Shown here one piece after another: positions 1 to 12,199 of a stretch of 64,000 nt of DNA (position 1 is its first letter; every line of letters starts with the position of its first letter). A program made the translations under genes and the position numbers. A model generated the notes under the pieces. It searched no databases and was not told the origin of the DNA. It worked only from the letters and a program-made list of their open reading frames with translations. Origin of the DNA: Raillietiella orientalis (lineage: Eukaryota); assembly GCA_036172245.1 (NCBI GenBank), contig JAYWIR010000021.1, positions 248,001 through 312,000 on the forward strand. The letters run 5' to 3'.

Positions 1-479
1 AGTTCGCCTGGCGGCCCGCGGCACTCTTTGACGCTGTCCAGTCGCCCAGGGGCGTACACTTAATCTTCAGGAGTTGGGGGGTGAGGATGAGGGTGCCCCA
101 GGACGAAATCCGGGAAGGCCTTGGAGGAAGGTGTCTGTTCCTCTCACGCTTGGGAGGAGACCCCGAAGGAAACCACCTCTTCCTCGTCTCTGCTCCAGAG
201 GAAACTCGAAAGAGAACCCTTCCTTCCTTGTTCACTCCTCTGAATAGAACACTGTAGGGAGGCTTCCCAATTTCTCTGGAGGGAGCAGAATGCTTCCCAA
301 ACTCTGGAAAGACAACCCCTCTGAGGAAGGACCTACCAGCTCCACAGAACCCGATGAGGGGGATCTCCGAAGGGCTCCTTGATGTCCAGAGAGGAACCCG
401 GAGGGTCAACTCTCAATTCCAGCCACTCAACGGGGGCATCCGGCTTCCACCAGTTCCGCATCCGTGGACTTTTGCTATA

Positions 480-905
480 GGGCGTGCTACTGGGTATTCC
501 GGAGGAAGGCATGCAGTGGGCCCCGGTGCTCATGAACACCCGCGCCCTCCTCTTGAAGTGGCAGGAGTCGTCGTTGGTGCTGCTGCAATGGGGCCTCCCG
601 TGTAACGCTCTCTAGCATCATTGGACACGGAGGGGAGGCATGGACCCAAACTGTGCAAGGTGCGGGGAGCGGAAATCCCTCCCACAACCCCTAGTGAACT
701 GTGTCGTCCTCCGGCCCCTTTATGGACGTTTTGCCACAACTCTTGGAATGCCCGGCGGCAACGTCAGAGTCGTCATGCGGCTCTTCTTTGTCTGAGACTC
801 CCCGCAGCCAGCCGCATCCCTTGCAGCACTGCGCTGCCTCCGTGGGATTGTGGCGATGTGGAGCGACGCCGACCGAGGAGCCAAAGACAGGGATGCCATT
901 CACTT
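480..905 (-). mobile_element. Decayed N-terminal zinc-finger region of a NeSL/R2-like non-LTR retrotransposon
   Basis: Minus-strand CCKGCGW...GHSKSC and CGRDFRSPHLAQF resemble retroelement N-terminal zinc fingers. The region lies downstream of cassette copy 1. Confidence 0.35.
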
Positions 906-1230
906 TGCTCTTCGCCTTCTACGGATAGCGGTCAGATGGACATTTATATGAAGCAAGACCTTGCCGGCATCCTCCAAAGGATGCAGAGGACCATTCCCAG
1001 AAGACTGTGATCCTCTCCCACACCCCATCCCCCAAATTGCTTTATTTTTGTTTTGTTTCTTTTTCTTTGGTCCCTCCCCTCTGCTGCCGTGGTGGTCCTC
1101 ACTGGTCTGCGAACCGGCAACGCGCCATGGTATCTATTTCAAGGACGTGGCTGGACCACAGGTCCAACCACAGAAATAGGGAATGTTTATTTTATTTTTA
1201 AATAGATGCCCCAGCGAACCCAGGTGAAAA

Positions 1231-1335
1231 ACCAGTGCCGCCGCACCCGAATCGGCTGAGCAGCGCCATCCTGCGGGGGGAACTCAAACAAATCCGCACC
1301 CCCCCGTTCTCGGGCATCGATCCTTCCCCCGGGGG
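1231..1335 (-). repeat. Conserved retroelement 5' cassette, copy 1 (tRNA-like head absent)
   Basis: The reverse complement (cccgggggaaggatcgat...gtttgagttcccccc...ttcgggtgcggcggcactggt) aligns with 44401-44501 and partly with 13840-13895. Confidence 0.7.
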
Positions 1336-2117
1336 CCGTCAGCGCGGGTCGAGCAGACGAAACCGTCGGCACGTAGCCGACCTGCCACCCGTTTCACATG
1401 GCGGTGAAGACAACAAGAATGGAGGCAGCGAGAAGTTCCGGCGTTGACGACGCCGAGGATGACGCAAAGAGATCACCGCTGTGAGAACAACACTTTTATT
1501 ACGTCGGCGGTCAAAAGTAGACCATCTGGTACGTGGATGCCTTGATGCGGAATCCGATGGATGAAACTCGTGATGAATGACATGGATGAGCCGAGGCTGC
1601 TGAGCAACTCCTCTTCTCCCGCATGAACGGTCTTGGAAAACCTCGTTTTCACGTGAATGGAGTCTTATAAATAAATCAGTGGGTCTGAAAAATCAGCATC
1701 CCTTCCGTCCGAAAGGAAGAGACCTCGGTCGGGGGAAGGAAGATCTGCCCAACAGACCAAGGAACCACAAGACGCCAGCGCAGGACAAGAATCTCAGTGA
1801 AGATTGATGACTCGCCGGTACAGCGCTCTGCTCTCTGGTCTCTTAAACTCTTCGCAGAGGAGGTAGTCTCCTTTGCGAGAGCGGGATCTCGTCTCCCACG
1901 TTCTCTTCCGCGCGAGTGGCTGGGAACACGGAACCATCGTGACCGTTCCCGGATCTGTTGTGGCTGAGGTAGCCCGGACGGTGGTCGGTTCGCTCGCCCA
2001 CGCGGACGGGAATCAGCAGGAGCGTGCGCTCGGATCTCCGCAAGCCCGTTGGCGATCCTCGGGGAAGTTCAGCCGGCCTTCCAGGACCCCTCGGGTATCG
2101 ACGCTCTCTTAGAGGGT

Positions 2118-2320
2118 CTTCCTGGCAGCACAGAGACTTTGGGCAGGTCTTTGAGGTGCGCGAAGTCCCTCTGAGAGAACGCTCCCTCCGAAAGACCGCC
2201 TCCGTTCTGGCGCCGTTTTTCGTAGAAGGCGTGGCGCGTGCGCAACCGATGTACATCCACGGAGTGTGGTACAGGAAGAGCTTTCTCGGACGCTCCCACG
2301 GTCTCTGTGCTGCCAGGAAG
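2118..2320. repeat. Perfect 20-bp inverted repeat pair with a 163-bp spacer
   Basis: cttcctggcagcacagagac (2118-2137) is the exact reverse complement of gtctctgtgctgccaggaag (2301-2320). Weaker similarity extends on both sides. Confidence 0.9.
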
Positions 2321-2419
2321 CGCGAGGGAGAACGCGGGGTTTCCAAGCTCTTCCCAGGAGCGAGTGCTTCCTGTTTTTCCCGGTACGCGCTTTTCTCTCG
2401 AGCACGCCGTTGGCGTCGC

Positions 2420-4200
2420 GAGGGGTAACGCGGTCCCTGCCCTTTCCCAGATCGCGAGGTCGCAGTCTCCCGCTGATGGAGCTTTCGAGGTAGCGCTCGT
2501 GGCTTCCCCTTTCACCACGCAGAGTTTTTTTTTCTTTTTTCCTTTCTTGCCACGGTCCACGAAATGTCTTGGGGAATTCTGGGACGGTCCGCTCTCGCGT
2601 CCGCAGCTGCCGGCAAGAAGATTTCGCGTCCCGGGATCGCCGTGCGTCTGGGAGGGGAGAGCGCGATCGCCGCCTTTTTTCGACCCGTTCTCGGCTGGGG
2701 TGTGTCTTCTTCGAGGGCGGCACCCGGGATCGCCTCGGCCTCTCTCCGCCGCCGCACGCGCGACCTCCTGTCCGGTCGCTGCGATGACCGAGCTGGATGT
2801 CTCGGCAGAGGGTGAGTTTTCTGAGTGAGGACCTGCGGAGCCGTCTCGGCAGCCGCCGCCGCGCGTCCACGGATCGACCGCCGATCTGTTCGTGAGGCAC
2901 CCTGTACGGGCGAGATTGTGGCGGTCCATACGTTGCGGAGAGACAGCCTCGTCGAAGAAGAGGGGGTGGTGACTTCATGGTCGTGCAATCCTCCCCTGTT
3001 GTTCTCAGATCGCGACACAAGATGCCCCCCCCCCTTCCTTGGGATGCTGCACACGAGCTCTTATGGTCGAACGCGGTTCCTCTTTGGTCCCATTCAGCTC
3101 TTGGCTGCGAGGAGTGAGGGCCACTCCCATCACCACGCTGAGAGACGCGTGTGCATCTGCGGAAGGCATATATTCATCTCCTGCTCCCCGCAAGAAACGG
3201 ACTCCTGAATCGTTAGCAAACCTGCTGCCGAAGATGAGTACAGCGACCAGAGGTCTGCGAAATTTTCCCTGCCACGCACTCCACCCCCCTTTTCCCCCCT
3301 TGAATCCTGAAGAGAGCTGCCAGGAACCGTGTGCTTAGCCCGCAATCTCCCTACGCCCACCTGGGAGCGAGCTCTGGTGGACCGGAGCAGCCAGAAAGAA
3401 GAGGGGTGCCTGCAGGGTCGGATGGTCAGCAGACGGTCCTAGACATCCCTTTCGGGGCGCCCGTGGCGCTTCCGTGTCGGAAAATCCCGTACTGTCCGGC
3501 CCGAAGGAATGGCTTGCGACCCATTTCTTCCTTCTCTGTAGCCGCAGCTTCTCTCCGCATGCTGCCCGCGAGCTTTCTCCGGCCCTCTTGGGACGGGGCC
3601 ACTGCAACAGGCGACGGACGGGCGGGGCACGGCGCAGTCTTCCGGGAAGGGAAATTCTTCTCTGCGGCTTGGATTCGAATAAATCATCTCCTCGAGGACG
3701 CGGAACTCTTCGATTCAAGGTCAGCTCTCGAGGAGGGAAGAAGCGAGATTCACGCGGGATCTTCGTGACCGGGTGGCCCTTCTTTAAAGGTGAAGGAAGA
3801 GAAGAGAAGAAAAAAAAATTCCCTCAAGCCGCTTGCGCCCCTTACAGGGAGTCCTGTGGAAGCCAAGAGCCCCTGTGTTCTTCATAAAGCAGCACGAAGC
3901 GGAACGTAAAGAGGGGGAGGTAATCCCGGCGGTTGGATTGTATCCGGACCATCCATTCGACACTGCGATGAGGGTGGACCGAAGCTGAAGCCGTGCATCC
4001 CATCCATCTTTCCCCAGCAGGATGCGATCGAGAGGGGTAGGGGGCTGGCAAATCCCATCGGCGAAAGGACGACCCCGATCTGCGGTAGAGATTCCATTCG
4101 TGAGCTGGGCATGCAGTAGGGAACGAACCCACCCTCCCCACCTTGCTTTCCGCTCCGAGCACGCTCTCGAGCAGCGCGTGATCAGCCGCATCCCATCACG
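2420..4200 (-). mobile_element. Decayed RT + CCHC + RLE of an R2/NeSL-like retrotransposon
   Basis: Ordered degenerate motifs on the minus strand: RLITRCS (RPIT), DRGRPFADGICQ..LDRIL (QxGF..DGC), FPFPEDCAV (AFADD), IPRKGGG (GGLG), GRACGGGE (CRxC..E), FRGPWQERKKEK (RLE). Confidence 0.6.
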
Positions 4201-4779
4201 AAACGACGGTTGCTATGTTGTCGAGGATTATTTATTACCCAATTTTTTCGGTACGAAACTCCTCCTCCTCCTCCTTTTTTTCTTTTTACTCCGCTGCGCA
4301 CGAAGCGCTGCGAGCTTGAGTTTCACTTCTCAACACCGTCTTTTGTCTTGGGAGGGGGAAGCAGGGATACAAGGTAGGGAGCCAAGAGATGTCTTCAAGT
4401 TACCACCGATTACCCCTCGTTCTTTGCCTCTCCTGCCACGTCAACCTTGAGCTTCGTGCCGCTCCATCCGCCCGCCCAAACCTGGAGAGTCAGGGTGTCT
4501 CTCTCCAGGTTCCTCCGAAGGGCCTGCGATCGCCGTCGCTGCCCGAGACGTCGCTGCCTTGTTAAGCTGCCTCCTGGGTTCCCCCGATGCCCGGAGTACC
4601 AGCAAAGAGCCTCCCGGACTGGTACCCCCCAGGACAGGAGGATCTACTTCCCGGCATCGTGACTGTTGCTTCCCGAACCCTTCGTCACGAGGGACGTCTT
4701 CAAGCTTGTCGAACTTGGGGTATCGTGGGGTAGACAGACGCGAAGATGAGGAACCAGCTAGCCCCTCCTCAATCTGAAA

Positions 4780-5720
4780 GTGAAAGTGTGAAAGTATTCA
4801 TCGGCAGCACGATGAACCAGATGCACCACTTCTGGTGCCGCGTGCTGGTGGCCAGGTACCTCTTGGTCTTCCTGCACTACGAGCTCAGCAGGCTGAGGAC
4901 AAGGAATCACGTGAAGGTCGGCCTTGCCTTCATCTCCCAGAAGAGCCAAGAGCGTGGCGATGCTGGAGGTGGGTAACATCAGAGACCCTTGCCACGCTCC
5001 AGAGGACTTGTTTGGTGCGTCTGGGGAGGGGAGGAAGTGGCTCCAAGGACTCCCTCCTCGAACGACCCTTCCTGCTCACAAACCTTCGAGACCTCGACCC
5101 CACTGCTCTTCTCACCCCACCTCTTCCCCTTTCCTTGCTCACCTCCGCTTCTTACGTGGAAGACTCGACGCTCGGCAGGTAAGCCATCCCCTCGCGGCAT
5201 TCTTTTCTCTTCCTCTCCTTCTCTTCTTTGTCGTTGCAGTGCTGCCAATTTTTTTTTCTTGTTTTTTTTATTGACGCTACCGGCGTCGTCCTCATCTCTT
5301 CCTTGAATGGGCTTCTTGAGAAAGAGGTCACTTCCTTTGTTCTTTCTCCTCCTTCCCAATGGTTGGCCCCAAAATCCACCGGAAGAAGGCACGTCCTCCA
5401 GCCGCTCTCCAGAGCAAATTGGGCAAATTCTGGCCGACCATGACTCCTCTTCACTCTTCAAGGAATTTCTCCCGGAATGGGCACCAGCGAGTACGAATGG
5501 CTCGGCTTCGAGAGGGAACTCTAAGCAAAGACTCTCAGGGAGGAGAAGGGAGAGGGGTAGTTGGAGAGGGGTACCTGAACAAGCTGAAGAACTGTCTCCG
5601 CGGATATCAGCCGCTGTCTAAGAGGCGCCAATTCGATTTCCTCCAGGGTTCCTCAGCCTTCCTTCCATTTGCTGGCAGAAAATCCTTCTCTAAGATCCGT
5701 TCCTCTCTTCTTCCTCAGTT
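4780..5720 (+). mobile_element. Decayed 5' half (zinc fingers, pre-RT) of a NeSL-like element
   Basis: HFWC...LSRLRTRNHVKV..F resembles a zinc finger. RRQFDFLQ...KSFSKI resembles the pre-RT region. Confidence 0.35.
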
Positions 5721-6049
5721 GCCTCACTTTCCATTATTGTCATTACCTGGATGGTTAATGGAAAATAATCCTCTGGTCCTCTACTTTCGGATGAGGGAAT
5801 TGGCAGAAAAAAAGGAGCAAAAAAAGGAACAAGAAAAAGAAAACGCAAATGCGGACCGGAGGAGATGCTTTTTCCGAGACCGAGGCTGTTTGAAATTCTT
5901 GGAAGAGAATAGAGAATTAATCCCAGCGTAGCTGGGATGGGGATAGACAGAGAAAGAATTCTGTGCCTCCAGGCTACGCGCATGGTTCCAAGGCGAGCGA
6001 GAGGGTGTGCGAGAGCAACGGACGCCAACTCGGTGAGGAGCAAACCGAC

Positions 6050-6900
6050 TTTTTGTTTTTGCCGTCCGCATTGGCTGCAGGAAGGGGTAAGTGATAGTAG
6101 TAGGCAGCTACGTACACGGAGCGTCCAGACCATCAAGGAAGACGTTGGCCCAGGTCACGAAAAGAAAGAAAAGTCACTCGAGACCGTTTTTCAAGAGAAG
6201 ATCGATTAACACAGGTTCTTCCTTCTCCGATGGAACGTAAGGCCGAAGACACACTCCCGCCGTGGGAGGGAGGGAAACCTTCAGCTCACTTTCGGTAAGT
6301 AAGAGAAAAGTGAGCAGTCCGAACTCCCGGTTTCTGCCCTCCTTCAATGCAGCGATCTCAAGATGAAACTTGTCAGCTATTGATGGCGCTCTCAGAAGAA
6401 CCGGTCGTCATCGTGCCAGCCGGACGCTCCCGTGTTGTGCATGGCGCGGTGGCGACAGGGGTTTCTCCTACTGTAGATTCCTGAAAGGGAGTTTCGAGGC
6501 TTCCTCTCCCCTGCATACCAAACACAAACTTGTAAGATGCACTGCGGACATCAAGGGGCACGAGTGAGGGTCAGGTCTCAGCTGTCAGGAACTGAGTTCC
6601 GTTGCAGGCCCCGAAGAGAAAGGAGGGAAGGTTCCGAGTTGAGGAAGACATTCGTGGGTTCCAGTGGGATGGAACGCTTGACGAGGTACGAGAAGGAGAA
6701 AGGAGGACTCTTCCATTCATTCAAAGAAACAGAGCGCCTAGGTCAAAGGTTGCAGCATTTCGAGAACTGCCAGTTGCAGCGCTCTGTGGAACCCAAGAGG
6801 CATTCTTAGCTCCGTTCGGATTTCATACCGTGATGCCATTCTCCATCAAACGAAGGCAGTATGATCTCTCTGGGCTGAAGAAATTGTGTGCCTACATGCC
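6050..6900 (+). mobile_element. Merlin (IS1016/IS1595-like) transposase remnant
   Basis: Ordered motifs across frames: ATGVSPTVD (TGVS..TVVDW), SQLSGTEF (QIDExxF), FVGSSGMER (VFGGIER), RRTLPFIQRNRAPRSKV (TLLPII..VAPGS.I), GFHTVMPFS (GY.H.TVNHS). Confidence 0.6.
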
Positions 6901-7149
6901 GCGACTAGCGATCCTGGTTTCCGCGGCAACGCCAGTGCAGCCGAGATGGGGTTTTCCACGGACACGGTTTTCCTTGCTGAACTGACAATTGGATAGCGGT
7001 TTGTGATGCTAAAATCTCGACTCCATATCTCCTTGCGAGCAGAGCTACTTCTGAAGAAGAACACTGGAGGCATCTCTCAACAGATTACCTGCTTTCTTGC
7101 TGATGGACTTCCTTTAGCCTTCCCTGTTATCGCTCCTGCTGCTGTCTGT

Positions 7150-9050
7150 TCGAGGGAGTGACAAGACATGTATAGAAATGCACCATTTGTATCTTCCTGG
7201 TGGTTTCCAAGTGAAACTGCATCTTCATGCAACTTTGATTTTTTCTGATGGCCTTTCGGCTAATGCAAGTTCCTCGTATGAAGGATGGGTGGCATTTTGT
7301 GCGAAGATGAAGAGTGAGCAAAAACCCTCCGAAAGGATTCTTGAATTCTAGGCGATGACGCAAGATCGGTGGCGGCAATGGATGGGAAAAAAATGGTAAA
7401 TGGCTTTGGATACTGGCGCAAGAAGATTTGAGGAAGTTCTCCTTCTTCAAGAACTCATTTGCTTTTTTTCTTTCCCTTTCAAATGACTCTCTTGAAAGCA
7501 TGCAACGGCAGAGAGGAGCAATCAGGCTGAGACTTACATTCAAGTGACTTACAATTCATCTCGCCGCTCACAGACCTCTCATGCTCCATCGATTTTGTCA
7601 AATGCTCATGCCAGTGATTTACTGTTGAATTTTTTCTTTCTTGGGGTCTTCCTGTTCACCTTCTCTGAAGTGCCTTTTCCCATGCTTTCTCACTCTTCTG
7701 AAGCTCCACTACATCCTTGCTCCTTGAACCCGCTTCGATCCAACCACTTTTCGACGTTGATGATAACTGAGGCGATCTTTTCCAGAGTATCCTCAAATTC
7801 CTCAATTCTTCAAACTCTTCCGGGATCCTGGGAATACGCTACTCGTCACTTAACTTTCGACCAACTGTTTATGTGTTGCCAGCATGTTCCGTACTCCGCC
7901 ACGATAACCTTCAAACACAGTTGTCGTGGGGCCGAATTCTTGGGACCCCACCTGGAGGAGTAGGAGGAAGCAGCCACTGGTGAGGATTTACCACCTCAAG
8001 ATGTTAGCAGGGAACCTTATGAAGAAGAGATGAGGTTTTGGTGAATCCTTGCTCCCTTTCGATCCCAAGGGAGACGTGGCAGCAAATGCACCAGAGGTCC
8101 AGATTGATCATCAGTGGATGCGAGCAGATCGCTGCCAGTGGCAACCCCCATCAGATGCGACTGTCCCTCTACAAGGGAAGAGGATGATCCACCCACAGGA
8201 CGCGTGAGCTTTGGAAAAAGCGAGCATCCCGTCCACGGAGATGCTGATCGTGAAAGCTGGCATCTGCGATAGAATCTTCGAGGCGCACAAAAACGACCAC
8301 GCCCTCTTGCTACGAGAGCCAGCACTGCTTCGGGATGCAGCACACCAGCCTGCGAGCAGTTGGAGCAACCTCTGGAGGAGAGGGGGGTCCAGGAACGCAG
8401 GGATTACCTCCTCACTTTTACCACGGAGGCATCCTAGATGGTTCAAGCACGAAACGCTGGGCGAAGAATCCAGGGAACAAGATCTGGCGCGTGGAGACAA
8501 GGGACCCTCCCCCCACGTGCTCAGTCCGACGCCGCATGAGGGCTGGAAGTCGTTCGAGGCAGCGACAAGTCTGCAAGGCGGCGACCAACTTAGAAACCCT
8601 GCAGGGGTGGCAGTGTCCCCCGACGCTATCCCGATCGTCCTCTTCGTCACGAACATCGTGATAAGAAGAGCAAAACAACGGAAGGAGAAATGCGCAGGAG
8701 AGGCAACGAACACGGTGGAGGGTCTCATGAAAAGAGAAACCTGTGGCATCAGGAACTGAGCCGGACACTCTCCTTCCTGGACACGTCGGTACAGTGGGAA
8801 GTCGTCCGAATGAGCGGGAGTCCCAGCACCCCCTGGTGCGAAGATGCCTTCCCTGGGTGGAAAGTGGTTCCCGAAAGGAGCTCCATGAAGTGGCAGTCGG
8901 GAGGAGGGTCCGCGGTTGCGCGCGGAAAGGTCGTGCTGCTTGTCGTTTCTCTTGCTGTCCCTCGAAGAGTTCACTGCACCGCTTGGCGGAACGGGGAAAG
9001 TCGAGGCCGAGTTCTTCCAACCGAGTGCGCGCCATGGTTCGCGGATTGAG
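7150..9050 (-). mobile_element. THAP-domain plus ISL2EU/PIF-Harbinger-type transposase remnant
   Basis: A THAP-like FPRSAKR...PTATS..NHF...PTVP at about 8780-9000 is followed by GRKLSDE, SSTSKSGWI, KIDGA.EVCER (IIDCTE..ER), LSLIAPLCRCMLSRESFE (LIGIAPxG..F.S..YEG) and HPSFIRG...FHLETTRKI (PSFL...RIHVER.I). Confidence 0.6.
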
Positions 9051-9435
9051 GGTGGCCATCAGCAGACTCAGCTGACGGCTCGATGGAGAAGACGGGATGC
9101 GTTGCCACCCTGGTCCCTTCATGCGTCCGGTGGGTTTCGGTACAAACTGATCACTCAACTGTGGTGCCATCTCTGTTTTTCCTTTTTCTTTTCATGACCA
9201 CGAGGCATGAGGTACATCAGGTCCTCCTGATCACTCATACACCGGAAATTTTTTTTCTCTACGTCCTGGAACTTCTTGACTTGTCTAGCTGGTCCTCTCA
9301 CCTGGATTCGTGAGATCAAGAATTCACGTGAGAATTCCTTTACAATCGCCGTGACAACGTCTGGAAACGGCTTACCCAGCAGCTATGAATACTGCTGGCA
9401 GCATCGCTCCCTGCTTATGCCAGCGAGATGCATGC

Positions 9436-9513
9436 TTGGGTTAGGTTAGGTCCAGTTCGTCAGGTGAGGTGAGGTGAGGTGAGGACTGAGGTTGGTTTAG
9501 GTTGGGTTAGGTT
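9436..9513 (+). repeat. Degenerate (TTAGG/TGAGG)n pentamer tract
   Basis: Read directly: ttgggttaggttagg...tgaggtgaggtgaggtgagg...ttaggttgggttagg. Confidence 0.8.
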
Positions 9514-9759
9514 TGTTCAGGAGAGAATATTTTGCAACGTTGCATTCTTTCCAAACCATCAATCAATGTTTTTTTTTTCCTCTTCCTTTTTTTCTCCACC
9601 GGAGATTTTTTGCTACTGAATAATAATTCTTTCCATCGGTTCTTTTATTTTGTTTCGATTTAGTCGTTTGAGAATTTCGTATCGGAGCTCTTGCCATCGT
9701 TTCCTAATCGTTCCTTCGTTGATTCGGAAAGGAACGATCAGGTGCTGAGCTGAATTGCA

Positions 9760-11900
9760 GTATTCATGACCATCTTGGGATGCGTGAAACTTGGACGAAT
9801 CCGTTTCTCAAAGGAGAGTTGAACAGGCCAAGCGGCGTACTGCTGACTTTCAAGTAGTTTCGTGAGGTGTGTGCTAGGAAACCTGGTATTCCTGATTTGC
9901 GCTGAAAATTTTTTCTTCGATGTGTCTTGCTGGCTTTCATGACCTCTCGAAACCGCTCATAATGAAGTCGTGAATGGCAACCAAACGAGATGATAGCCCT
10001 TGATGTATCTCTTGAGATGTTGCTTTGGCTGGTTGGAGAACGGAGGTTCGGCATGGGAACCTCCATTTTGCACTCCGATGGACAAGTCCTGAGCCACTCT
10101 CATCGAAGCCGTTCTTTGCTCGAGTGTGCAGCGGCCGGGCTCCAGAAGCGGGACTTTCTTCTCTTTGCGCGTATTGTAATAAAAACACCTCGGGTCCCGA
10201 CGGCGGGAGACGCCCCGTGAAGACGTGATTCTGATCAGAGTGCAAGAAGGCCGTGCGAGTGAGCGCAGCCATGGCTGCTGTGCGGCTGACCACTGCAGCG
10301 GTCGACTCGGCAAATGTGGTTAGGGAGCTGCCGATTTTCAAGTCTCCAGAGAAACGCGAATCGGAGTATCGCAGCTTACCGAGAATGCTGCAGCCAAAGC
10401 GACTCTCCAAATCTTCCAAAGACGAAGCAAAAAAACTTGAAAGGCACCCGTCAGCGCCTGAGAAAACGCTCGAAGTGCTTCAAGATCCGATGGATTGCTA
10501 GCATGTTCTCAGAATGGGGGCAGGAGAAAAAGCGAATTCCGGAGGGAGAGCGTGCTTTGAAAAGGAGACGTTCGATTCCAGTGCCTTAGTTAACTCGGGA
10601 TCATGAGTTGCTGCCAAATCCAAGAACGGGCATGAGCAGGGAAAAAAAAAGACACGTCTTGACACGAAAGCACCGTCTTCAGGCCGGTCCAATTGGGACC
10701 TCGGCAGAGTCCGCGCGTTTCGTTTTCCCGTTGCGTATCGCCATGCGCCAAGTGAAAGACGCGAACTAAGAGGCGCGTTCAGGGAGCCGTCGGTCCCCAT
10801 CGGCTTCCCCGAGGTCTCTCAGAAAGCTCTCGAATGGAGCAATCGAACGGGCTAAAGCGCGTTTTCCAGTCAAGAAAAGAGAACATCCTCGCTTTCTGAA
10901 TAGGATGGCCTTTTCCTCTGTTCAAGAGTTTGACGCTTCTCGTTGGCTCCATAAATCCATTCCTTCCATCAGCCACAAAAAATGGACCCTCTTTCTGCGC
11001 AGTTGCGTCGCATAGAAGTGCGTCATTGCTGAGATGCTTTCATAGTTCCTACTGGAAGGACCACCGCTCTCGAAGAATGAGCCATTGATTCATGCTGTGA
11101 CTTTGGAGTCAGCAAGGTCAAGACGCTCTGTCTGTCGATCCCTGGATGCCTCCAGCTTCTGCTTCATGAGGAACCACCACATTCTGCCGCCAATAAGTAC
11201 CTCAAAAGGGAGTGTCTTCGAAAGAAGTCTCGTCTTTGTGGGAAAAAACGCACACCTTGCCCATGGCGCCTTCTGCTTTTCTTAGTGCGACTCGCGTTTC
11301 CGGGCAGTCAAAAGTGGAAGAACCGCCACTGCGATAGGCAGCGATGGATCCATCATGGTCGCAGTTTTGGATTCGATGCACGCTCTCATCATCGGTACAT
11401 CTCTTTGCGTGAAACACTCACCTATTTTTTTCACTGATCCCTAGCAATGGCTGCGCTGCGGGCGAGGCTAACCTGTGAATATTTGAGCTCTTTTTCGCTC
11501 TTTGCACATTCCCAGGCTGCCTTTGGGCTAAACAGGATTCGGGTTCAGCAAGATATCCCCTTGTTTGCTGCACGCATCTCTTTCCGGTTTTACTGGGGAT
11601 TCCTCCTGGATCACAAAAATCTGTGACCTCAAAGGAGCGGTTTGGTGACATCGAAGGAAACAAAGCGGCCCCGCCTTCCTCGTAAAGTGTAGGTGCTGAT
11701 GGGAAGCGGCTGCTGACCAGCAAAGAAATGAAAGCGGCCATTGAGCGCAGCCGTTCCCGCTCCAAAATGCGACTTTCCAGTCGGGAGGTTCTTCTGGTGC
11801 ACAAATAACGCGATCGATTCAATGGCCGATTCACATCTTTGCATGATTTCGTCCAGAATGACTACACAGTCCGGTCAGCTTATCTGTGAAAGAACATTTG
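9760..11900 (-). mobile_element. piggyBac transposase remnants (probably two tandem fragments)
   Basis: MAAFISLLV...FPSMSPNRSFEV (AF.GLL...MSRNRF), CTDDESV (SIDESM) and FLDWK (W.D.K) form one set. A second set reads GPEVFLL and KGYHLVWLPFTTS (GYHLY.DNFxTS). Confidence 0.55.
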
Positions 11901-12199
11901 ACCATCTGGAGCTGCTCACCTGCGATTCCGCCATGAGCAGCTCAGGCAGAGCGTCTCCTTCACCTTTCCTCAGTCTCTGTGCCCACGGCTCCTTCCGATC
12001 CCTTGCCCCCCGGATGTCATCGGCGTCTCCCGATGCGGATATCCTTCACGTCTCCACTTAAAACTGTCATCTTTTCACGAGCATCCATGCAGCCGTCATA
12101 CAGCCCCACACGCAGTATTCTGGATTTTTCCGCGATTTTCGGGAGGGTCGGTTCCCGAGGAGGAGACGGAGGGATGCTGCTGAAACCTCACGGTGGGAC

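Noticed and set aside
4228..4250. Nematode SL1-like tttattacccaa as a NeSL target
   Set aside because: The match is short and imperfect, with no SL RNA body or Sm site.
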